Below are positions 23,060 to 35,999 of a stretch of 38,638 nucleotides of DNA, piece after piece. Each line of letters begins with the position of its first letter. Position 1 is the stretch's first letter. The notes under the pieces were generated by a model that saw only the letters and a list, made by a program, of their open reading frames with translations, did not search any database and was not told the DNA's origin. The stretch is from Octopus bimaculoides. Its lineage: Eukaryota. The DNA is taken from the NCBI RefSeq assembly GCF_001194135.2, contig NC_068983.1:93548997-93587634 (forward strand). The letters are read 5' to 3'. A program made the translations under genes and the position numbers.

Positions 23060-24665
23060 CCAGCTTGTCACTTTGGCAGAGGCATATGATCTAGTTACCT
23101 GCATAATTAATCAGGTTATTCATGAAGGAGATATACCCAATGATTGGTGTAACAGCATTATAGTCAGCTTACACAAAAGTAAAGGTGATGCCCTAAGCAG
23201 AAATAATTACAAAAGTATCAAATAAACCTCTGTATTTGGCTTTTGTTATCTGGTTGACAATGCAGAAGCTAGGGATAGATGAGTGGTTGATGAGAGCTGT
23301 CTGTAAGAGGAAAGAGTTTAGTGTACAGTAGGAATCTACCAGGGATCGGTTCTCAGCCCCCTCTTGTTTATCATAGTCCTCTAGCTTATAACAAAGGAAT
23401 TTAAGACTGGCTACCCTTGGGAGCTTCTCTACGCCAATGACCTTGTTCTTATGGCTGAATCACGACTAGAACTAGAGAAGAAATTTCAGGTACGGAAATA
23501 AGGTCTGAAATCAAAGGACCTTAGAGTTAATTTAGCAAAGATCAAAGTCCTCATAAATAGGAAAACAGACACATAACAAATCCCCTCAGGGAGATGGCCC
23601 TGCTTGATATGTAGAAAAGGTGTCAGTAGAAACTCCATACAATGTATCTAGTGCAAGCTATGGACACATTAGTAGTGCAGCAGTATTACTGGAAGATTAA
23701 CAGAGAAAGTAGTTTTTACATGTGGCAGATGTGCAGGTACATTAAACACCAGGAATGTATAGAAAATAGACTCCATCAAATGTCAGGGAAGATCCTTAGA
23801 AGTAGTAATAGACAGTTTCCATTACTTAGGTGACTGGGTTACCAGTGGTGGAGGTTGTTCCAAAAGCATAGCTGTTAGAATAGGAACAGGCTAAGCTAAG
23901 CTCAGAGAGCTACCACCTCTGTTAGTAACAAAGGGCCTCTCTCTCAGAGTGAAAGGTAGATTGTATGATGCCTGTGTATGAACAGCAATGCTGCATGGCA
24001 GTGAGACATGGACTGTGACTACTGAGGATATGCGAAGGCTTGAAAGAAATAAAGCCAGCATGCTCTGCTGGATGGGTAATGTCAATGTGCATATCTAACA
24101 AAGTGTGCCAGAGAGAAGACTGTGCTGGTATGGTAATGTAATGTGTATGAATGAGAAAAGCTGCACCAAGATGTGCCAATCTCTAATAGTGGAGGGAGGA
24201 TGTGGAAGGGGAAGATCCAGGAAGACATGGAACAAAGTGGTGAGAAAGGATCTTCAGATGTTGGGCCTCACATAAGGGATGACAAGGGACTGACACTTCG
24301 GGCGGTTTGCTGTGCTTGACAAGACATGCCAAGCTCAGGCTAAGTAAAAATCATGGTTGTCCTTGCATTCAGCTATGTCCCCTACATCTCTATTCAGCTG
24401 AACAATCCTAATTTTGTGAGCTCATAGGTGCTGCTGCCACATAAAAGCATCTGTGCCAATGCTACATAAAAGTACCCATGCTGGTGCTGTGTAAAAGCAC
24501 TCAGTACATTCTGTAAAGTGGTTAGTGTTAAGAAGGGCATCTAGCTGTAGAAACCATGTCAAAACAGATATGGAACCTGAGCAACTCTTCAGCTGGCCAG
24601 CTCCTGTCAGACTGTCCAACCCATGCCAGCATGGAAAACGAATGTTGAATGACAATGAATGATGT
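23060..24665 (+). mobile_element. RTE-clade LINE RT fragment with 3' UTR and tail
   Basis: IPNDWCNSIIVSLHKSKGDAL..NY, GIYQGSVLSPLLFIIVL, LLYANDLVLMAES (YADD decayed), KGRLYDACV, GRGRSRKTW. Tail ccaacccatgccagcatggaaaacg. Confidence 0.85.
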
Positions 24666-24699
24666 TATATACACTTTTTTTTATTTGTTTGGTATGGAG

Positions 24700-26000
24700 G
24701 AAGGTGCTGTGTCTCCATCTTTTATAGGCATCTGGTGAGGTTCATGCAGTGAATAGTTGCAAGTCAATGACAGTATCAAAAAAATATGTAAGAAGGAGAT
24801 TCCAGTGGGCTGGCATACTGGGTGTGATGGTCAGTAAGAGCCAGAAGACAGAACACAATATAGGTGAAGTAAAAAAGAGAGATGAGCACATCATGATTGC
24901 CTTATTGGGGGCAACATGAAACCAATCAGATCTGAGTAGCAGAGATCACTGCGGTAGCAGTAAAAAAGGTAAGGAGATGAAACAGCATATCAGAGAGCCA
25001 AAGGCTGGTGCGTGTGTGTGGTTTTATGCCACTCAGTTGAGTGACCATCCTTTGTATGTGGTCTAAAATATCTGTATATGTTACAGTAGCACTGTCTCAA
25101 ATGACAGAGCAGTACTCCCTTGTGGTCTCACTTGATAAGGATGAAGTACTGTCCAGCTTTGAAGAGGAAGGCCAGTCACTGTGATCCAATTTTTAGTTTG
25201 TTGAACATGTGTATTCACCAGGAGACATCCTCAGTGGTCCCCTGGTTTTTGAAGAGCCTAGTTACATGTTACTCAATTATAGAGGGTGGGGTGTGATGTT
25301 TTCTTGACACATACAAAGAATGTGTCTTTGCGCTGTTGAAGTAAACAAGACTGAAGCATCAAAGGATTATTTTGAGATCACTGTTCATAGTGTAGATTTG
25401 GTAGGTGTTTAGGTTGCATATAAATGATGCATGTGTGAAAGGCATTATAGAGGATGGATAACAAAGCTGGGGTATACCAAAGAATGATTCATCTGCACTG
25501 TTGAGATGTTATATGACAGGAAACCACCGATCTGCCCAATAGGCAGAAAGATTTAAATGTCGGACATAATTGAAGGTTTACTGATGTCAAGTGCAACAAC
25601 ATTGTTTTCCCTAAATTTCTAGGGGATGAGAGCTAGCTCACAGGTGGATGATGAAGGAAAATAAGATTCTAGCAGATTTGGTTTTATGAAATCTATATTG
25701 GTATCCCGTGAAGAGGGAAAGAGCTTCAAGTCGATGGAGAAAGTTATTGTTTATGACTGTCTTTATCACCTTTGCGATGTCAGAAGAGTAATAGATCAAT
25801 AACTGCCAGGGTTAAGTAGAAACCAAGCAATTATCCATTTTGTGTTACAATAATTTAGTCGGAGTAGAAAGGCTATCTTATGTAACCTATAGGACTTTCC
25901 AAACTGGTGAGGTTGTTGCAGCTGAAAATTAGCTGCAAGTTGATGCCCCTGAGAAAGAAATGTGCGCAGAGAGAGAATTCCAGAAGGCGAAGGCTAGGTT
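24700..26000 (-). mobile_element. CR1/Jockey-like LINE RT fragment, decayed
   Basis: Minus translation IAKVIKTVINNNFLHRLE..YQYRFHKTKS and, near the 3' end, TDILDHIQR..QPLAL*YAVSS. Confidence 0.65.
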
Positions 26001-26719
26001 CTTTATGAAAAAGAAAAAAAAAACTAGCAGTAGTGAGAACCAACTGAGATAACGGATGGATATATGGTGTGTGTGATGGGGAGGGAGTAAGTCAGGTGTA
26101 CTTTGACGGAGATGGTACTTTAGAAGAAAGGTCGTAGTTAATGGGGGGGGGGGAGAAAGAACGAGAAGAAACAACAACTATGTCGACTTGAGGTTGTAGG
26201 GTACTGTGAGTAGTTGGATATTATTTGAAGGTGTAGTTCAGAATGTTAGTATATTCCAGGCTACCTAGTTTGTTGACATTTTCACTGAATAAATTTTACA
26301 TCATATATAAAGATTCGTTAGCCAACAAAACCTGGCTAACAAAGTTAGGTTTTGTTGAAAAAAAAGAAAGAAAATCAATTAGTTTATGGAGTAGTTCCAG
26401 GTTATAAGATTTTCTCCGATATACTTTAATGAAAACATCTAACAGCTGCAGATGTAGAACTTCGTAACAATAACATTGGTTACGTATGCAAACTTACCGA
26501 GTTGACAGACGGTCCACTGTTCAGTTAGGAATAAATATTACATAAAACTTAATTTATAACTTTTAACCACGTTTAGATTAAAGCATTTTAAAACTGTATT
26601 TTAAGCTTAATATTTGTTTAAAATAAGATGAATATTAATTGATAACATGTTATAAAGAAAACGCACTGCGGAACATTGTGAAGAAATCTATTGATTTTTG
26701 TATGACACCGTTGTTATTT

Positions 26720-26879
26720 ACTTCGGAGCTTAATACAGTTTCTGTAGTCTGTCTCCTCGCCGATTCTCAGTCACCGATCACCACCACACACGCTATTGCT
26801 ACCATTACTATAATGTAATTGTTTAGAAAGTGACAACCGTATTTGTGTACAATAACCTCCCCAGCAACAGCAGAAGAAC
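26720..26879 (+). promoter_or_regulatory. Putative proximal promoter/5' UTR of TMEM245
   Basis: Repeat-free, CpG-retaining sequence directly upstream of the ATG, with an Inr-like TCAGTC near 26767. The TSS cannot be determined from sequence. Confidence 0.35.
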
Positions 26880-27392
26880 ATGGCTTCGCCGTCGTTTGAA
26901 TACTTTCGATCCTCTTTCGACAATGTGTTTCAGATACTTCCACAGGGTCACGAAAAAGCACTGAAGAAGGCCCTGTACAACACAGCGGCCAACTTCTTCG
27001 TTATATTCGCTAGTTTGGTATTAGTGGCTGTCTATTTTGTCCTACAGGCCTTTCTCAGACCCTTACTATGGGCTGTATTATGTGGAACTTTCTTATATCC
27101 ATTCAAACGAACATTGACCAGTGTCTTGAGGAGTTGGCTTCAGGGATTACATGAGTCCGGTACCCCTTTTGCCGCCGGAGTGGTCCTTATTCCGATCAAA
27201 TCTGTCAATGACATTTCTGAAATTATCAGCAATACTTTAATAAAACATTTCAAGCTAATTATAGTTGGAGCTGTTGGATTACCCTGCCTGAATTTGTTGT
27301 ACTATTTTGGACCGATCGATTCTATCTTTTCATGGATTTACAATTTTTTTTCCTTTCTGTACAATGTCATCCAGTGTTTTAGTTCTGGTTGG
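26880..27392 (+). CDS. TMEM245: Transmembrane protein 245 orthologue, first coding exon (171 codons, phase-0 donor)
   Basis: [37 protein letters not shown] matches the recalled TMEM245 N-terminal signature ([33 protein letters not shown]). A strong donor TGG|GTGAGT follows FSSGW at 27393. Confidence 0.93.
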
Positions 27393-28484
27393 GTGAGTGT
27401 CTTTCTATCTTTCTTATTAGCATTTTCTGTCGATCATTCCAGCGTCTGTTCAACCGTGTCAACTGTCAAGTGAATAAGAGGAGTGTCAGTAGCTATCGTT
27501 ACTCTATGTAACATTTGATACCAGTCTTTGTCAGTCGTTTACACACATATATCTATATATATTGATTTGGTTATTAACATCTCAAGGCGATATATTAAAT
27601 CGCAGTTGTAGTCGTCTGTTTGTGACTAAGTTAAGTGTGTGTATGGGGTCCTATATTCGAACATGCATCAAATAGAAAAATATTCTAGTTCTTGAATTAT
27701 TTATTCTATGTCGTCATTAAGAAGGTAATTTATGACTTAAATAGAAACAAAATCCGGTTCCACCGTATCTGTGTTTATATTACTGAGGTATATGACTCAT
27801 TCAAACCAAAAACTCGATAGCTAGCAAGAATCTTTTCATGTCTTTTTGTTTATTCATTTATAACGGCCGTCTGCTTCTGCACGTGAATACTTTTTACTCA
27901 ATAGAATATGTATATATTTTGTTTACCTTAAAATCTCTGACTTTCATTTACATTTTCCCATCCCCCCCCCCCTCATATACGTGTGTCTTTATGATATTGT
28001 AAATATATTATGCATGTGACGATATGAAAAAAAATCGATATTATAGTTACATCTTTATTTATTTAGTTACTTAAAATCTGATTGGGTTTTTTCATCTATT
28101 CTTCACATTTTTATTGTTCCTTTTCATAGTTTGATAACTTTTCACAAGTTGTGGATGTTTGAAACCTCTAGTTTACCTTGTATGGAGTTGTACTTCAAAC
28201 GAAGCACACCTTGACCTAGGAAGAAATATGATCTTCAGGAAATAGTTCTACCAAAATTAGACGTAACACTTTTTGCCAGTGGAGGACTTCCTTCCTTTTA
28301 TTTCTTCTAGAAACATCATGTCATTTTCTACATCTAATAGGATTATTCCACAATTTACAATTATAATTGTTAGTAGTCTGTAAAAGGCTTCCTTTTTTTT
28401 CTTTTGTTTGAGACTTGAAAAAAGTTTAGTATCTGTCGTAATATAAAGCTACTTTATTCATCCTTATAACTTTTACGCCTTGGT

Positions 28485-28673
28485 ATACACACACACACAC
28501 ACATATACTCTTTATTGTAGTATATTCATGTTATATATATATATATATATATGTATGTATATATATATTTATACTGTACATATGCATATATCTCTCTCTC
28601 CATATATATACATATATATTTTATTCTTTTACTTGTTTCAGTCAAATGACTGGGGCCATGCTGGAGCACCACC

Positions 28674-28708
<35 letters not shown>

Positions 28709-28751
28709 AATGTATGTGTGTGTGTGTATATATATATATATATTTATATAC

Positions 28752-28790
<39 letters not shown>

Positions 28791-28800
28791 CAGACAGATA
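28485..28800. repeat. Compound (CA)/(TA)/(GA) microsatellites surrounding a SINE tail fragment (about 28620-28680, minus)
   Basis: Visible tracts. cttgtttcagtcaaatgactggggccatgctggagcacc is the reverse complement of the 2669 SINE tail. Confidence 0.85.
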
Positions 28801-28949
28801 GACTGCAATTTCTCCTGTTTGTTCCACCTGGTGAAATAACATCACAGATACTTTGCCCCAAGCAGAAACTACAGGAACTACTTTAAAATCTTGCAAATTC
28901 TTCTGATGGTGACTGTATCTTCAGCAGGTATCTCAGGGTCACAAGTATT

Positions 28950-31900
28950 TCACTCTTTACTCTGTATGCTTCTCCTGAGTACTGCATTAAGGAATGAATT
29001 AGTCTTTGTCTTCAGAAGCGTTTCATCTGCAGTCTGTCAACCACAAATAAGCACTTTGAACAGGTCTCATCTACTTTGGTTATCTTTGTAACAGCAGTCT
29101 TCTGTTATTTGGGTTCTGAATCAATGATATGCTACTAATAACACACTGATCTTACCAGGAAACAGTAGCAGCCAACTTCAATGGGGAATGCCATCCTTTA
29201 ACAAGGATCTCATTAACCAAATCAGATGGTGAAAGATGTTGAATTTGCCCTCCCAGAGTACTGTGAGTTCAGTCATGATGATTGTTTTGAGCTGAAAAGA
29301 AAAACCATGTCTATTTGGAGCAATGTTACCACAACCCCTTCCAGAAAGAAGTGTCTACCTTTCAGATCTACTTGCATCACCCAGTCTGAGGCTTGATGCG
29401 AAATAGAAAATGGCTCTCCGCAGCTGCTTTTGTCTAAGGACTCTTATTACTTTCCCTTAGGACTCTGATATCTTTTAGTGATACCCTTAGCTTGTTGACC
29501 TTAACTCTCTGCAGGTTTGTTCATTTGGTAATTTTTCTAAGGACTTTATGCCTTCACTTTTATTAGCCTTTTCCCAGTGTTTCTAGGGTATCAGGTCAGA
29601 ATGTGCTTCAGGGTGCAGTGAATTACTCCATACTGTTTGCAGGATAGGCTTTTGCCTCAAATTTTAGGGTTATTTTGGGTTGGTAAGAGGTCAGCAACAG
29701 TGCATTGGAAGCGGTAAAGACCCCCTTCAGTCATGAATGACCATGGGATTGCACCTAGAAAGTTACTCTCCAAGGTACAAGTCCAGGCAAGGTTGTTTAT
29801 GGAAGACCAGCAGTCGCCCATGCATACCGGCCTCCCCTCCCCACGCCACTTGTTACCCAAGGGAAAAGCAAAGGCTGATACAGCTTGGCACAAGTGATGT
29901 CGCAACTCATTTCTACAGCTGAGTGAACTGGAGCAATAGGAAATAAAGTGTCTTGCTCAAGAATACAACACACAGCCTAGTCCGGGAATCAAACTCACTA
30001 CCCCATGATTGTGAGCCCAATGCTCTAACCACTGAGCTATGCACCTTTACAATAGGAAGAAGGACAGCTTTACTTATAGAGTACCCTCCAGGACAGTGGT
30101 CACTTGAGTGACTGATCAACTGTATCCAATATACCTAGTAAGCAAGCCCTACCATATTCACATGGTGATTGTTTTCTGTTGTCTCTTGGACCCTCAGCAC
30201 TATGAGCTCTCTCATAGATATCTATGACATCTGTGGACATCACCACAAATGGTTTGATGGAATTCCAACCCATCTGCAGAGATGTTGTTCAAAGATGTCA
30301 TATATTTCATACATCAGCTGCAGTCATGAGTTTATGTAGCAACCTATGAACTGACCTGATAAGCCTGATCCCTCTGTCTCTTTTATCCAATCATCTGCTT
30401 GTTTCTCTGCTTAAATGTACCATCTCTTCCAGTAAAGGAGGAATTATACCACATTACTTGGGTTCTCCTCAATGGCTGGTATAACCCCACTTTGAACTTG
30501 GAGCCAGAACATGCTAGCTACATTCCCACTCCTGATCAACAAGCTTTTTGACGTCTTTGGTTTCGATTGCATCCTGGTCTATGGTTACCAAGTGCCTTCA
30601 GGATCTACTTTGCCTGTACATAGGTTGAAGCAGTTTTGGTTAGAAGGCTCTCAGTGGTGGTTGGCAGATGCCAGATTTCATTATTGGCCCTCTGGATTCT
30701 TTCCATGCTGCTGTTACATGCAGATTCATTGCCAAGACAAATATGTACAAGATTATAATTTTTCCAGATTCTACTGAGTTGTGAAATAGGTAGTGTGGAA
30801 CTGAACTTGAAGTAGCTGGCAATCATTCCCCTAAATTTTGTGGGAAGTATGATAGTGTTCCATAGCTGTATTGATGATGTGAGGGATTGAGCTGTATGCA
30901 GTGGTCAAGTAAAGTCAGACTATTGTTAGATTACTTTTTATCTTCTTGACCTTTCAGATCAGATGGTTTAGCACAACTGTGTGTTCCAAATATCTAAAGA
31001 TGTGTGGGGCAATTAGATGTATTAATACATTTATTCCCCAACATGTAGATCATCTTTTAGAGTAAGACTGAGAAGATCTTATTTGTAATACTCAGGCAAG
31101 AAATGGTTTGGAACAGGTTAATCTCGGAGGAATCGGCTCACTTCAGTGTGATTCAGCTATCGGCTCCTTACCAGAATGAAGGGATGATGCCTGTTGCCCA
31201 TACTTTCTGCAAAAGTTCTCATAGCTTGGAAAGTAGCATTGGGCATGTCTTCTTACCATTTGGAATAGAAGCTGATCGAAATACCCATTCAACATCTTGG
31301 GCTTCTATCCATTCTGACTTGACCTTTGGTTGTGCCCTTAATGCTCATCACCTAAGTAATGTCGCTATGGCTCTCTTTAAGGAATTCGTTCACAACTCCA
31401 TAGATATATTGCTTGTCCTAATAGTGTTTTGTTAATCTTCTATAGGTCCTTCATAAATTGATCTCACTTATCTGCACAGTTGCTCCCAGAGTCCTATAGT
31501 CAAGTCTTTTATGCTTTAACATTTGTGCTTTTAAATTGCTTATTGAGAATCTTAATTTCTCTCCTCAGATGCAAGATCTTTCACTCCCTCCTGTTGAGTT
31601 GCTTTCCAGCTGCATCCTTCCTCTTTTTGGTACCAAAGTATTCCTTGGGCATGTTGAAGACATTTGCTATCAAACACTCAATTTTCCTTTTAAGTGACCC
31701 TGTTAATGTAACTTGCAAGAGCTTGTGAAGGCCCTGGATTAGTTTATACCATGCTTTGTTGACATTCAGTGGGGAACATTTCACTCTCTTTTTTTGAAAT
31801 TTGGGTGTTTTAGGTAACATTATAACAGCGTTGCCTGTGGTTTTGAGGTGAAATAACTACTGAGTGGTCTCTTGCTCTAAATGAAATCCTCCAGCATCTC

Positions 31901-32130
31901 ACTGGGTATCTCCACTCTGCACTGCATCTTTTTTCCCCCACCCTTCACAGTTGTCTTGGATCAATCTGTCTTTACATTCTTCAAACCTTCCCACAATGGT
32001 ACTTAACTTTCAACACTTTCCCCAGATGTGTAACTTGGGGACGTTATCTCATTGTCCATGTGTATTCTTTGGTCACTGAAATTGTAGAAAGTCTCTCATT
32101 GTCCTCTTCTTGAGAGGACTGTTTCTTAAT
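28950..32130 (-). mobile_element. Hero/NeSL-like RLE-type non-LTR retrotransposon, near full length, decayed, antisense in TMEM245 intron 1
   Basis: Minus order: N-terminal CGKV zinc-finger remnant (about 31990), QLNRRE, SIPNG..KTCPMLLSKL*ELLQKVW..SSEINLFQTISCLS, LCRWVGIP, TLKHIL (zinc knuckle, about 29610), and an RLE remnant DMVF..IIMTELTVLWE..EVGC (about 29150-29320). Confidence 0.75.
29712..30046 (-). mobile_element. tRNA-derived SINE nested in the Hero-like LINE (same family as 4046-4330)
   Basis: Reverse complement of the 4046 copy, with head ctctaaccactgagctatgcacc and ccgggaatcaaactc. Confidence 0.82.
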
Positions 32131-32214
32131 AATAAAAATAGATATAACATACATCTACCTATATGCATATGTGTGTGTGTGTAGAGAGAAAGAAATGAGT
32201 AGTCAGGTCCTTTA

Positions 32215-32900
32215 ATGGAGGTGCCATAATCTCAACCCAGCTCTGAGTAACTGTAGTAGCAGTAGAAAAAGCCAGAGAAAAACGGCAGTGTGTTTGTGGA
32301 TTTGAGAGGTCAGGGCATGTCTGTAAGTAGCTTTATGCCAATTAGTCAAGTGACCCTTTTCTAGATGTGGTCCAGGATGTCTCTGTGTGCATAAGCAGCT
32401 GCAGTAACATCCCAGATGTTGAGAGCAGCACGCCGTTGTGGTAGCCAAAATATTTTCTGGGTCTGAATAGAAAGGCCAGTTTTATGATAAAGTTGTGTAT
32501 TTGTATGAGAGATCCTAACTAATAGTGAAGCCTTGCATTTGAAACAGTTGTAAGGGCTTTTGTGCTGCTCATATTTAAGAGTGAAGATGAAGAGCAATGA
32601 CTTTTCTTGATATATTCTGTGATTTTTGACTCTTGGTATGTGCAGTTATTGTTTTCATTGTTGAAAGAAACCAGACTAGAATGAATCCGTTGGAGAATGT
32701 TTTCAAGATCCTTTTTCATGGTGTTAGTGTGAATTTGGAGCTCAAAGTGTTTGTACTGCACGAAACTGATGCTTAGATATGGAAGTTTAGGAAGGAATGA
32801 AAAGTTAGGGTAGCATCTGTGTAAGAGTGGGCATAGCTGGAGATGACAGCAAGTAGAAAGACTGTTAGAGACATAACCCAGTCCTGGGGCAGGATACACT
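32215..32900 (-). mobile_element. CR1/Jockey-like LINE RT 3' fragment
   Basis: NIWDVTAAAYAHRDILDHI*KRVT*LIG..PL..FFYCY, related to the 3' end of the 24700-26000 copy. Confidence 0.6.
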
Positions 32901-33000
32901 AGAGCTGATCCTTGGAGCACTAGAACTGATCTCTTTAGATTTCATATACTGTGGGTAAGGGAGAGCATCATCAGCCCAGCACAAATTATGTGTGTGTGTG

Positions 33001-33115
33001 TATCATCATTATTTAATGTTTGCCTTCCATGCTGGCATGAGTTGGACGGTTTGACAGGAGCCACCCAAGTAGAAGACTACCCCAGGCTATTGTGTCTGTT
33101 TTGGCATGATTTTTA
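33001..33115 (-). mobile_element. RTE/SINE 3' tail fragment
   Basis: catcattatttaatgtttgccttccatgctggcatgagttggacggtttgacagg is the reverse complement of the tail at 21540-21590 and 24600-24665. Confidence 0.7.
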
Positions 33116-33844
33116 CTATTGAAACAGGAACCTATATGTCTGTGGCTTTAGATTGAAATTTACAAATTTAAAAGGTATTAACTCTTTATTTATTGATTTA
33201 TGGCAAAAATGAATTTCATGTCAATGATTACCATAAAAAACTACACCAATATACCAAATATGAAATCAGTTGGCACAAAAATTGAAGAAATTGAAACGTG
33301 GCAGCCAAGCAACACTGTTGCTCTCTTACTGCTTGCTTACCAATAAAAAAAAAATCTGTTTCTTCCATCATAATTGAACTTTTACTCTCATTCAGTTATG
33401 AGGATTGTCTCTTGTGAGCCACAAAGTGACAACACTAGTGTGGTGTGATGATGAAAGCATTCAGTACACTATGTAAGTGGTTTATAGATTGAATTGAACA
33501 GTGACAACGCATGGTTTAAGAGGGCTCTTTAGCCTTGCCAAGGGAAATATAACATCTATAGTACTGGTGTTAGAAAAAGAAAATGCACCAAACAATTTAG
33601 GCTATCAGCTAATGAGATTTTCTTACAGAAGACAGAATATTATAATGTCACTTTAGCTAGGGTAGGATATACTGAAAACTGTCATATTTCTGAAGGAAAT
33701 ACAAAATACCCAAAGACAGTGGATTATATTTGCAAGAACATAAATGTAATAAATGTCAAGGTAATATAAATCATTATAAAGGTGACAAGGTAGTAGAATT
33801 GTTACTGTACCAGAAAAATGTTTAGTGGTATTTCTTCCAACTTT

Positions 33845-33985
33845 ATGTTCAAATGCCACCAAGATCAACTTTGCCTTTCAACCTTTCAGGGTCAATAAAA
33901 TAAGTACTAGTTGACTACAGGGTCAATTTACTTGACTTACACCTACCCCAAAATCGCTGGCCTTGTGCCAAAATTTGAAACCAAT
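33845..33985 (+). mobile_element. SINE 3' half fragment
   Basis: caactttgcctttcaacctttcagggtcaataaaataagtactag..gctggccttgtgccaaaatttgaaac. The aataagtac block is shared with the 2669 SINE. Family recognised from memory only. Confidence 0.5.
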
Positions 33986-34229
33986 ATGAATCATTATAAT
34001 AGACATGGGAAATAGGATTCCTTTGTGAGTAATGAAAATTACATTTGCTTATTCCACTACTCTTAATTTAGTAGGTATTATAGCAGTTATTAACAGTTAG
34101 AAACTGAATGCTATTAGAAATAGTGATGCTACATTTATTAATTCAGACTGTGTAGAGAAATCTGGGTCTGTTACAAATAATGCACATCTATCTGGTACAA
34201 AATTGGTGATGATAATAATATAGCAATAA

Positions 34230-34690
34230 CCTTATCACTTTTAGAATAAATAAGGCCTTTTGTAGTTACATATCTAACAGATGATAAATATCCTTTGGAT
34301 AATTAATGCTTGAGGAATAATTTAATATATAGAATGCATGGTTAAAACACCTCAGAATGTTCATTATTAGATAGGGCTTATTGCTTTGAATTTCAAGGCC
34401 AGGCTACAGAGCTATATTCATTTTTTTTTAAATACAAAAGAAAAGAAAACTTCACTTTGCTGGTGAAGTTCATCTAGGATCTAGGATCTCAAAGGGCAGA
34501 ATATTGACAACTCCATTTCATGGTCTATTGTAGGTAGTGCTCTTCCTTACAGAGGGAGCAGTAATAGCTGTCATTTGTGCTTCATAGAGGCACTGGAAAT
34601 TATCAAATGTATAGTATCTAATTAATTGATAAGCATAACATATTATTAATTTGTTGTTCACTCTTATTTAATAAGATGTTTTAAAAATTT
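34230..34690 (+). mobile_element. Penelope-like (Neptune-type) GIY-YIG fragment, decayed
   Basis: KYPLDN*CLRNNLIYR and DLKGQNIDNSISWSIVGSALPYRGSSNSCHLCFIEALEIIK, parallel to the 14960-15560 copy. Confidence 0.7.
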
Positions 34691-35489
34691 CCACACAAAA
34701 GTTCCACATTAATAACTTATCTATGTTCTATTCTCATGGATTCTGCCAACCCCAAATTGAATTTGTAACATCGCAAGTACATCTCATATGTAACATCGCA
34801 AGTACTCATTTCTTAAATAATCTGTCATCCAATCCTTAACTATAATGCTTAATTTAATTTAGTTTAACTGTAGTAAACCTAATATTATATAGAATTGCCT
34901 ATAGAAGCAAGCAATAATTTATTATATACATTCAGTAAAAAGCCTCCCCCCCCCCATTCTTTCTTTTATCCATTACTTTTAAATCTCTTCTTTGTATTAA
35001 CATATCTGGATACTTTCTTTCCATTACTGTGATTGGAGCAATGAAAATATAGTAGTAAATTCCATTTTTCTCCATATTCCCTGTACTAGCATACTTTTAA
35101 ACTTGATGACATCTTGGGAAGTTTATACAAAGTCAAAGAAGGCAATTTGATATGTGAGTTATCTAGAATCTCCATCAATGGAATTATCTTGATAGGAGAA
35201 TACTTGAAGCTTCTAATTCTGATGCTATGCAACTCCACTTCCACAACAGAATATTTTGTTGGAAACTCAATATCTGCCATAATAATTTTAATGTCTAACA
35301 AGAAGGGTGGAGAGAAAACTGTTTAATTAATTAATTGTTGAATAAAATAATATAAATTAATATGCACAAATCAATGTTTATAGGGAGGAAATAGTTCCTC
35401 TACCTATTCTAAACAATCACAACCTTAAATAAAGTTATGCAGCAACATTGTAATATTTTGTCTGATTGCTTGCTATTATATTCTGTAGT

Positions 35490-35765
35490 GGAGATGCGTA
35501 GCTTAGTGGTTAAGGTGTTAGACTCATGATTGTAAGACTGTGGTTTTGATTCCTGGACCAGGCAATGCATTCCTCATAACTGAATCTTTGTTTGTTGAAG
35601 TGATGAGAGAGTCTACCACACCACTACAATTGAGCAAAACACTTCATTTCACATTGCTCCAGTCCACTTGTCTGGCAAAAGTTAGTAATCCAGCAACAGA
35701 CTGGCATCTCATCCAGGTGGGAAATTTATATACCATGGAAACCAGGTTAGCATGACTTGAGAAAG
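35490..35765 (+). mobile_element. tRNA-derived SINE carrying a 63-bp foreign insertion
   Basis: Head tagcttagtggttaaggtg..ggttttgattcctgg, then tgagcaaaacacttcatttcacattgctccagtccac, which is the reverse complement of the body of the 11660 copy. Confidence 0.75.
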
Positions 35766-35999
35766 TAACTTTATTATATTCTATGATAAATGGACCAACT
35801 AATTGATTATTGAATCTTCTCAGATTTGCAGTTCATATTGATCACCCTATAGATTTAACCTATACAGATTCCTATTATGCTTACCTGACATTCTTTTAGC
35901 CAAGTTTTTCACATTGTGTTTTGACACTGAGGTATTCATTTGAATTTCCTTTAATTCCTGCTTTCCATCACTAAACACTACATATATATGTGCATGCGT

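Noticed and set aside
34764-34805. Perfect 17-bp direct repeat tgtaacatcgcaagtac with an 8-bp spacer
   Set aside because: Only two units: a simple local duplication, not a CRISPR-like array.
35086-35326. Short opposing ORFs with a faint LINE endonuclease flavour (GIILIGEY)
   Set aside because: A single weak motif with no supporting context.
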